From positions 1 through 9,322 of the forward strand of contig JBHGNT010001371.1 in assembly GCA_043228905.1 (NCBI GenBank): a DNA stretch of 9,322 bases. Reading direction: 5' to 3'. The translations under genes and the position numbers were made by a program. Shown here in pieces: positions 1-8,135 of this stretch; the stretch's first letter is position 1; each line of letters opens with the position of its first letter. The notes under the pieces are model-generated. The model did not search any database, was not told the DNA's origin, and saw only the letters and a program-made list of their open reading frames with translations. Origin of the DNA: Azolla caroliniana. Its lineage: Eukaryota; Plantae; Polypodiophyta.

Positions 1-343
1 AAATAGGGAATATTCTGGTTATTTCTGGGAGCTTATATTGCAATTGGGGGTATTTCGACGTTACTAAAAAAATAACATAATCAAACATTCTGGGATTATG
101 GACCATAGAAGTTACAGTGATTTCATCACAAATTACAACTTCCCATGTCCTCGCAAATATTTAACCACAACTTTGTAATCAGAATCTGCATTCTCCATAT
201 TACTTACACTTAGAACTCTACGCATGTTTCTTTCAGATAACTCTTGTTTAAGATTTCTAGTATCCATTCCCTTTTCCTATAAATGATCTTTCTTCTATAT
301 TTCACTGTGAAACAATGAAAAGGCATCCTCAGAAATGGTTGTT

Positions 344-594
344 AACGTAAGGGAATTCTCTAGTTTTTCTTCCTAGAAATGAATTATATACATGCTGGAA
401 AACCTTTAACTTCCATTATCCTCATAATTTTATTAATGTGAGAATCAACAGATGAAGATCCTGGAGGATCTATGTGCACCACTATTTTGTCGAACATAAG
501 GGAATTTTCAGTTGTTTTCATAGAATAACTTATATACATGCACGAAACACTTAGACTTCCATTATCCTTATGACTTTCTTAATGTGACAGTCAA
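344..594. repeat. Decayed direct duplication, ~105 bp copies about 149 bp apart (344-448, 493-594), in intron 7
   Basis: Shared blocks in the same order: aac.taagggaatt, ttatatacatgc, acttccattatcct, ttaatgtga...tcaa. Confidence 0.85.
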
Positions 595-753
595 TACAAA
601 TAATAATGTCACCTTAGCTAAGCTGGGCATTCTAATAGATATCAAGTATTATTGCCTAATTCCCTATCCTAATTTTGGTGTCTAGGCAACGTCCCATGTT
701 TCAATATAGTTCTTAATGAGAAGGCCCTTCTAATCTGCTGTTGCATCCAGATT

Positions 754-1107
754 TATCGCATTTAATCTTGTTGAATAGTAGAGCTTTGTTTCAGTGAAAC
801 ACGCTGAAATACCCCTAAAGTATAGATACAAATATTCTTCTCTTTTTAGGCTCTCATCCATTTGTCTCCTAAAAATAACCAAGATTCTCCCTTATATGCT
901 GAAAATTTCTATAAGATATTGTGCTGTTTTAGTCTATCACATTTTCTCTTGTCGAATAATATAGCTCTGTTTTAGTGAAAGACACTGAGATACCCCTAAA
1001 GTATAAATACAAATATTCTTCCCTTATAGGCTCTTTATACATTTTTTCCTGAACATAACTAAATTTCTCCCTAAATGTTGAAAATTTCTGAAAGATATTG
1101 TGTTATT
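754..1107. repeat. Head-to-tail tandem duplication of a ~181 bp unit (754-934, 935-1107), in intron 7
   Basis: Shared blocks at roughly 181 bp offset: tatc.cattt, agtgaaa, atacccctaaagtata.atacaaatattcttc, taggctct, ttctccct, tgaaaatttct, aagatattgtg. Confidence 0.92.
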
Positions 1108-1398
1108 GATAAGGTCATTATAACATGATAAAGATCGGGTCAGTATTATTGCTTTTACAAGAGAAAAGAAAACATGTAAGCACTGTGGTTTCTCCCAAAG
1201 TTGAAGAAAATATGATAAGCATAAACCAAAAGAATGATGCAAGAAAGCCTCCTAATACTTGAACATAGGAGAAGATACAGAGAAAATCATGTATCAGATG
1301 TACCATAGATAGAACCTTTCACCTTAAGCCTTGGTGAATTCGAACTAATTCTAAAATTCCTTCTTTACAAATTATGCAGTCATTTACAATATATTTTA

Positions 1399-1503
1399 AA
1401 GGAAAAAACACCAAAATACCCCTAATTTGCTGACTTTTTTTGTCAGAATATCCTCTGAATTAAAGTTTCTTGAAATTTGAGGGGCCTTTTGGTGTTTTCC
1501 CTT
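1399..1503. mobile_element. Small foldback / MITE-like element with imperfect ~30 bp terminal inverted repeats
   Basis: Left arm aaggaaaaaacaccaaaatacccctaattt pairs with right arm aaatttgaggggccttttggtgttttccctt (reverse complement aagggaaaacaccaaaaggcccctcaaattt). Internal hairpin ctgac-T7-gtcag at 1430-1446. No clear target-site duplication. Confidence 0.6.
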
Positions 1504-1540
1504 GATAAAATGATCAGTTCTAAAAAGCTTGAAGAGAGAC

Positions 1541-1684
1541 CTTAAAGCACAGAATTAAGTCACCCGGAATTACACGCACACACTCAGATGCTTCACATGG
1601 AAGAGATCTTGGACGAACCCCTCTTCTTACATTCACCCACTCATCTTCATCAGCACCAAAACCTACAAATCGCACCCTGACCTC
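1541..1684 (-). CDS. SHH2: SHH exon 7 (SAWADEE core)
   Basis: tcgcag|GAGGTCAGG...TTTAAG|gtctct, 144 nt, phase 0 to 0. Encodes [19 protein letters not shown]...LPCEASEC...GDLILCFK. Confidence 0.95.
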
Positions 1685-4099
1685 CTGCGAGAACAATGAA
1701 AAACTTCAAAAAACGCCTACATTGATCTTACCTCTAAATCATTGGTAAATATGTCCGAATGAAATATAGTTTCAACAATGGCAGTATATAGATCATCTAT
1801 GACAAAGATAATCAAACTGAACCTCTTTATATGGCTTTTCCAACCATTTGATGGAATTAATAATAATTAAGTTCTGAAACCATGAGATTTCAAACTTGTA
1901 TACTAAGGCAATGACAATTGGGGCGCATAAATTGTTCAAATAAGAAGTACTAACTCTACTAAACTAATATGAGTTTAGTGCTCTCACCGGATCACCAGAA
2001 TCAAGCATTCTATGAGCAAGGAATGATCTTACATCGTACCTACACCAGAACAAGATGGTTTTGCTTATGAAAACAACACTTCAATGTAGAGGAAGAAGTG
2101 AAATGATATCGTGTACCATGCACTATCTCGAGCTGACTTTGCTTCAAACTCAACTTTGTTTGGGCCTTTCTGATCTACAAATAAGAATAACATTTTCAGT
2201 TTGATCATGAAGCTTGCAGAAAACCTACCAAATTGTTTCATTGCTGAATATACACCTGATACAGTTGAAGATACTGATACCGACTCTGTTCTGTTTATGC
2301 TAGGCTCCTCAACTGAGAGTTTTCCAGAAGCCTTGAGTGCTCTCCGTTTGTTATAATGTCGCTTATTGCAAAACCAATTTTGCACCTTAAACCAGATGAA
2401 ACAGACATTAATGAGTCATCATTTATTTCAGGGAAAATTGCCAATTATAACTATAAAATTTACCATTAACTTTTCAAAATGACAACAGAGTAATAGGACT
2501 GAGTATTTTTTTTCTTAATTATACTCTGGAGGAAATAATCAAGCCTTAATGGATGGTCATATAGAAGGAGAGAGAAGCAGGAAACATATACAAGGAGATG
2601 CAACCACTGCAACTGAATATGACTAGACAAGAGAAATATGAATAGGCCACTATAGGCATCACCTCCAAAATTTATGGTGATAAAAATCCAAAAAACATGG
2701 ACCCAAACACTGAACCAGGATTAAAGTGACAAGCAATAGATTCAGATGATCTTTAAACAACTGAAAAACAGCAAATAATTGCTGGGTCACTTTTAGCAAT
2801 AAAACTTCAATTCTCCTATCCTAACAGAAATAAGTCAAACTTCTGGCAAAGAACTTAACCAAGAAGGGCAGAATATGGCAATAGAAAAGTGATACAGGTA
2901 TGCACACCCAGACTCCTTTATTTTTACATCTAGGATAAATCATTAAAGCTTGACAATATTTACATGCTTTACCTTGAGTTGGACCAACTTAGGCCTTAAC
3001 AATTGTCTGCATTCGTAAAGGCTCAATTTGGTAACTCTCGCCTCTGTATTTTGCACTTTAATATCACATGAACATCAAAAAGCACTCAATATAGATACTA
3101 CTAAAGTCACTAAAGTGATTACACGAGACATGCATCGCCCATAATCAAGGGAGAAATTTAAAATGCAAGATTTGTTCACTGATCGGGGCATTGGGAAATA
3201 TTGGGCGACACTTGTCTTATCTGAACCAATAATTGCTATATAGAAAGAAGGATGTATATATGGTTTTAGGGTCTATTTCTATATATATCAATTGCGTTTC
3301 TATTCGGGCATGGGCCTCAGAATTACTGATGTGTGTAAACCCTATCTTGACAAACCCTATGATTATGAGAAAGTTCTTTAATATATCATAAAAAAGAAGC
3401 GGGTTTGGTCTTTAATATGTAAATTAATGACCAACACTTTAAATTTGATAGCAAACAAGAGTATTTTGACATCTGATACATGTATTGTCCAGATTTTGTA
3501 AAGCACACAAGCTTGGACGTCAACATCTATACATCAGCTGTAAAAACCAAATAACCTTAATAGATGGAACAATTTAATGATATAGCTCAATTAATCAAAC
3601 CCCTTATTGATTGTGGCCAGCATATATTAATCATCAGCAGTTATTCTTCCAAAGTACTAAAGACCATAAATTTCTAGAATCTAAATAGGAAGCTCACCAA
3701 ACCTGCTTGACTTGTATATTCCTTCCTCCAAATTCAGGATCTTTGCTGCAATTGCGAGAGGAAATAACTTTTATTTGGTAAGAAGCAACAAGAAAAATAT
3801 TCAGATATACCTCTGAACTTGTACTCGTTACAGTTTCTAATGCACAAAAGATTTTTTACAGTTTGAAAGGTTTACCCAAACTTGATTTCTAGTTCCCGCA
3901 CAGCACTTCTTGGAGGATTTCCTTTAGTTTCCTCCCATAATTTCTCCATTTCAGCAACCTGGGAATAAAAATAGAACTCAAGATCCTGAAGTAATGCCAC
4001 ACACAAATATGTAACAAACAAACATACATACATACATACATATGTGTATGTTTTTACATATACATGAGAATATATATGCTTATATGCATAAATAGATAA

Positions 4100-4142
<43 letters not shown>

Positions 4143-5430
4143 TGGGTGTATATATACATGTCTACAGATGTGTGTAATACACATATCAGACTTCTAGATT
4201 TTCACTAAGACAATCTCTAATTCCACAAAAAGTAGATAAGAGGAACATATCTCTGACATCTTCTTTGAATGTTTCTACTTTAAAGACAGGCGTAGCAACC
4301 TACTACTCTATTCATTGTAATCCTATTTTACTGGTTTCTAGACGCATTGAGATTTCTCAAGAATAATAATGTGTTAATGTGTATGTATATAACTGATGTT
4401 ATGAAAATTAAAACTGACATTGCTACTGGTCTTGCTATTGTTTGGTTCTCATACATATCAGTTTCTGGACGTAACTTCTAAGAGATGTATTCATTATCAT
4501 ACTATGTACGTATCCAGAATGCAGATGCATAGCAATGATGTATTAAAAACAATTTTCCACATGAAGTACCAAAAAAACATTTGGATTTCCTCAACAGTAT
4601 GGATACCATGTGAAATTACTTAATGCTAATCAAGAAACCAAAGGACAAAGCCCTGGAGCATCAATGTGTTTGCAATCCCTTACAATTAATGCTAGCATAT
4701 AGTTTGATTTGTTGAAAACATACAGGGTTTCTTAACCCTTCATCCCTACCTCAAATATCAAAACATTTCTTGAATAGAAATCAAAACCATCATCTGATAT
4801 CTCAATGCACTTCCCCACTAGAAATCATGTCTTTTTGTTCATCTTGGCCTACTCAAAAACTGCATTTTTCCTTCAACCCCCACTCAAAAACTAAAAACCT
4901 TTTGTGAATATAAAAGCACCAACATCTGATATCCCGTGGTTCTTACTACGTTATTTGAATGTGCTGACTGTGCACCTGGAGAATATCCAAAATACCTCTA
5001 GATTGCACCAAGCTATTTCTTTAAATGAAATGGTCAAACAATCCAAAGATAAAGAAAAACCAGTTCATGTTAACTACACAAATACACTACAGGTTAAAAA
5101 GGAACTTGAAAATATGAGAAAATCCCTGCTTGGAAATGCCTCCATTGCATTTTCTATGTGATACAGTTACCCAAAATGGGGGGCTAAATTTTCATATTGA
5201 TTCGCTTGCACCCCTGTGTTTTATCTAGGTTGATATTTTGATTGAGATTTTTCTCTTCTTTACATAATTTCGAAGAAGTAACGGGTAAAAGTATTGCCTA
5301 TTGTTTGAGAGCAATAAATTTACAAGAAAAGACTGATAGCTTTGACGATCAATAGTGAATAAAAACAGATATAGATGCAACAAACCTCGTTGTGTAGGAA
5401 CCGAAAGGGTTGCACTTGGGAACGACCCAT
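1541..5430 (-). CDS. SHH2: SAWADEE homeodomain homolog (SHH2-like), spliced, 3'-partial: join(5386..5430,3876..3958,3703..3745,2256..2385,2117..2174,1988..2039,1541..1684)
   Basis: Manual splicing at GT-AG sites gives one frame: [15 protein letters not shown]|[28 protein letters not shown]|[14 protein letters not shown]|[44 protein letters not shown]|[19 protein letters not shown]|[17 protein letters not shown]|[48 protein letters not shown]. This matches the recalled SHH2 pattern ([35 protein letters not shown]...[34 protein letters not shown]). SHH2 versus SHH1 is judged from memory, not a tree. Confidence 0.93.
1988..2039 (-). CDS. SHH2: SHH exon 6
   Basis: gtgtag|GTACGATGTA...GATCCG|gtgaga, 52 nt, phase 2 to 0. 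Encodes [17 protein letters not shown]. Confidence 0.94.
2117..2174 (-). CDS. SHH2: SHH exon 5 (start of SAWADEE domain)
   Basis: ttgtag|ATCAGAAA...GCATG|gtacac, 58 nt, phase 1 to 2. Encodes (D)[18 protein letters not shown](W). Confidence 0.92.
2256..2385 (-). CDS. SHH2: SHH exon 4 (homeodomain recognition helix plus linker)
   Basis: ttaag|GTGCAAAATTGGTTTTGC...TCAG|gtgtat, 130 nt, phase 0 to 1. Encodes [11 protein letters not shown]... The donor position is less certain than the acceptor. Confidence 0.85.
3703..3745 (-). CDS. SHH2: SHH exon 3
   Basis: ttgcag|CAAAGATCCT...AAGCAG|gtttgg, 43 nt, phase 2 to 0. Encodes (G)[14 protein letters not shown], equivalent to the SHH2 segment ending VQ.KQ. 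Confidence 0.87.
3876..3958 (-). CDS. SHH2: SHH exon 2 (homeodomain-like helices 1-2)
   Basis: cccag|GTTGCTGAAATG...TTTGG|gtaaac, 83 nt, phase 0 to 2. Encodes [27 protein letters not shown]. Confidence 0.92.
4011..4160. repeat. Compound microsatellite (TACA)n/(AT)n in intron 1
   Basis: (ACAT)n at ~4022-4042 and a perfect (AT)16 at 4108-4139, with degenerate TA/CA sequence between. Confidence 0.95.
5386..5430 (-). CDS. SHH2: SHH exon 1 ([15 protein letters not shown])
   Basis: ATG at 5430, 45 nt, ends GAG|gtttgt (phase 0). Preceded by a CT-rich leader. Matches the SHH2 N-terminus MGR...FRF...E. Confidence 0.88.
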
Positions 5431-5460
5431 GAGAGAGACAGAGACAGATCAGATCAGACG
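5431..5460 (-). promoter_or_regulatory. CT-rich 5' leader (Y-patch-like) immediately upstream of the SHH ATG
   Basis: Minus strand reads tctgatctgatctgtctctgtctctctcATG. CT-rich 5' UTRs are common in plant genes. The TSS cannot be located from sequence. Confidence 0.5.
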
Positions 5461-5582
5461 CAACTCGCCCTCAGATTAAATCCTGGACTCAAAAGACATC
5501 ATTACAAGATGTTACCTTACACAATAAATACATCATTTTAATTAAATCTTCGACTCAAAATATGTACTTAGCTACATAATCT

Positions 5583-5682
5583 TACATACATACGTAAGCC
5601 ATGTTTATACATATATGTACATACATATATCATATATGTACATATATACAATTGTGTGTGTGTGTGTGTGTGTGTGTTGTAT
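5583..5682. repeat. Compound microsatellite TACA/TA followed by (TG)12, upstream of SHH
   Basis: Degenerate tacata repeats at 5583-5650 and a perfect (TG)12 at 5653-5676. Confidence 0.95.
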
Positions 5683-5735
5683 GTGCGCCGACCACTTGTA
5701 TTTCTTCGATATTACAAAAGTATACCTCGTATTTG

Positions 5736-5757
5736 TCCACTTCCACTTCCACTTCCA
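5736..5757. repeat. (TCCACT)3.7 hexamer repeat
   Basis: tccacttccacttccacttcca read directly. Confidence 0.85.
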
Positions 5758-5838
5758 TAGATACATACATAGTGAGTCTCGTTGTACACACACATAATGT
5801 TGGTAGACATTTTTCCCTCTTTTACTTCAACTCTAGTG

Positions 5839-5858
5839 CCCCACCCCCACCCCCCCCC
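5839..5858 (-). other. G-rich tract, potential G-quadruplex (i-motif on + strand)
   Basis: + strand C4-A-C5-A-C9, which is G9-T-G5-T-G4 on the minus strand and can supply four runs of at least three G. Confidence 0.45.
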
Positions 5859-6005
5859 ATCTCACTAAATCATAGCTTATAATTAAGCCAGATAACTATT
5901 GGGCATTAATGTAAATGTGCGACATGATCGATGGGCATTGATTTAATCTCTCTCCTCTTTTGAGCATACATCTTGGAAACGCATCAAGAAATGTAGTCTA
6001 AATAA

Positions 6006-8135
6006 ACATGGTTTGATAAAGAAGCCAAACAAAAGTTGTTAGCTTCTAGGAGGACAATTGTTGCTCTTCAAAAACTTCAGGAGAACAACCCACGGGCTTT
6101 GTGGGTTGGAGCTCAATTGCATCAAACACGTGTTGAGATGCAACAATTTGAGGATGTTATAGCTCAACACAAATTTCGTGCATCCTCAACGAAATGGTCT
6201 CATCTTGCAGATAAGGTTAATGCTGATTTTTTTCGTGTAAATAAAATTGGTCGTACTAAGAATGTAATGAGGCAATTAGAGAGGGAGGATGGATCATTAA
6301 CATCAGATGATGTTGAAATGAGGAGAATTGCCTCCGACTTTTATAAATCCTTGCTAACTATGCAGTCATTTACGCATGAGCAATTGGCCTTAAGATCTAC
6401 ATTATGGTGTGTTATGAAGAAAAAAGTTAATCTTTCTATGGCTAATGAATTAGTAAAACCTTTTAATGTCCATGAGGTGTATGTTGCAATTACAACCTTA
6501 GGTAAGAATGTATGTCCTGGCATCGATGGTTTTCCTCCTGACTTTTTTCTTTGCTATTGGGATCACATTGGAATCAGTGTGACAGAAGCGTTACAAGAGG
6601 TTTTTACTTTGGGTGATATGCCTTATCAATGGAATGCAGGGTTAATTTTTTTTATTCCTAAATTGGAGGGGGTAGTAGTTGACATTAAGAAGTGGCGGCC
6701 GATAACTATTTTAAATACTATCTACAAGATCTACGCTAAAGTCCTTACTTTACGTATGCAACCTTTATTAAATGATATTATTCATAAATCACAAACGGGT
6801 TTTATGCAAGAGCGTTCTATTTCTGATAATATTTTCATGTTCTGGGAGCTTACAACTTTGGCAAAAGAGAAGGATGTTGACCTAGTGGTGCTATTGTTGG
6901 ATTTTGAAAAGGCATACGATAGAGTTGATTGGTCTTTCCTCAAGGAAGTTATGTTACAACTAGGATTTCCAATGGCTTGGGTAGTTGCGGTAAGAGCTTT
7001 TGTATAAGAATGCGTCTAGTTCTGTATATGTGGCGGGAGAAGTTGATGCTCCCTTCTCTATTTCAAGATCGGTTAGGCAAGGTTGCCCATTGGCCCCTTT
7101 CCTATACTTATTAATAGCTGAGGCATTTCATGTGTATTTTAATAATCATGCCTTAAGGATTAAAGGGTTGCAATGGGGAGTCAATAACAAACAAGTGCTA
7201 GATACTGAATTTGTTGATGATACAACTTTATATGTGGATGGGGAGGAACAAAATTTGCGTAATGTTCAATGTGTGGTGCAAGAATTTTGTGAGCTATCAG
7301 GTGCTATAATAAATTGGAATAAATCCATTGGAATAAGAATGAAGAATAATGGAGTTTCACATTGGTTGCCCCATCCGGATTTTCAATGGCTTCAACATGG
7401 GAGGTCAATATGATATCTTGGTTGTCAAATTGGTGTTGATATTACTCATGATCAACTTATTGCCCCCTTGTTGATGTCATTGAAGAGGAAATTGTTGTTC
7501 TGGTCTTCGAGACATCTATCGTTGGCTGGAAGAATTGTAATTACTAATCAAGTGCTTCTGTCTTTGATGTGGTATATCCTCTCATCTTGGTTGTTTTCAA
7601 GATTTGTTCTCTCTCAGATACAAAGGCTTGTCTGCAATTTCTTATGGGGTGCATTTGATGCAAATACATGATCTAAAGTTGCATGGAAGGTAATACTATA
7701 TTCTCCTCATGAGGGAGGATTAGGGTTGATAGACCCAATGTTTCAATGTAGAGCCTTACTTGGGAAATTTATTGTGAGAAGTATGATGCAGGGAATGAAC
7801 CATGGAAATTGTTACTTCATGAACGTATGAAGGAATTGGTTCCATGTAGAGGTGGACATTGGAAGTGAAATGTGAGGTGGTGGTTTGTGCACGAGGATAT
7901 GCCTTTGACTTCTATTTTTGCTTCAAATAAATTTTTTAAGTCTTTATTAAGAGCTTGGAAATGTTTGTTGCCTAATCTTGTGCATAAACATCCTATATGG
8001 GAGGACAAGTGGAAAAGGCAACCAATTTGTTGGAACCCCTTGATTAAGGATGATTATGGTAATATGTTAGGAAGAAGGACAAGATTAAATTGGGCAGTAG
8101 TTGATGAGGCATTTGTGGCTAATGTTGTTACTTGA
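6006..8135 (+). pseudogene. Disrupted LINE ORF2 reverse transcriptase/thumb region
   Basis: +1 frameshift in the T-run at 6998-7001 (removing one T restores RALYKN). TGA at 7411-7413 and 7669-7671. -1 frameshift near 7789. TGA at 7866-7868 and 8133-8135. Confidence 0.9.

Noticed and set aside
344-1107. Intronic repeats as a CRISPR-like array
   Set aside because: Only two long, diverged copies of each unit, with no short identical repeats separated by unique spacers.
1024-1306. Short ORFs 1024..1242 and 1118..1306
   Set aside because: Intronic, AT-rich, partly overlapping the tandem duplication, and with no recognisable motif.
1-1540. Remaining SHH exons (second half of the SAWADEE domain)
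   Set aside because: I found no segment encoding the expected ALY.DA / H...C.C.F motifs on the minus strand. The region is treated as intron 7 and the gene is assumed to continue outside the window.
2065-2385. ORF 2065..2385 as a standalone gene
   Set aside because: It is exon 4 + intron 4 + exon 5 + part of intron 5, and its start is the GTG at a splice acceptor.
2428-2470. gggaaaattgccaattataactataaaattt, resembling a Mutator-like TIR start
   Set aside because: No convincing partner arm or target-site duplication was found.
3337-3360. Two AAACCCTAT copies resembling telo-boxes
   Set aside because: Neither matches AAACCCTAA exactly, and they lie deep in intron 3.
3872-4159. ORF 3872..4159 N-terminal YI-rich part
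   Set aside because: It is a translation of the (AT)n microsatellite; only 3876-3958 is a real exon.
4787-4934. Recurring CATCTGATA motif (also ~3470, inverted ~1292)
   Set aside because: Short and irregularly spaced, so it cannot be distinguished from chance without statistics.
4420-5161. Plus-strand ORFs 4420..4623 and 4904..5161
   Set aside because: Non-ATG starts, antisense within intron 1, and no motifs.
5601-5882. Three overlapping ORFs in the promoter region
   Set aside because: Artefacts of TA, TG, TCCACT and poly-C repeats (CVCV, HTHT, STST, PPPP).
6036-7413. RT as a bacterial retron, group II intron, DGR or programmed-frameshift system
   Set aside because: The motifs and downstream CCHC knuckle are those of eukaryotic LINE ORF2, the context is a spliceosomal gene, and multiple stops indicate decay.
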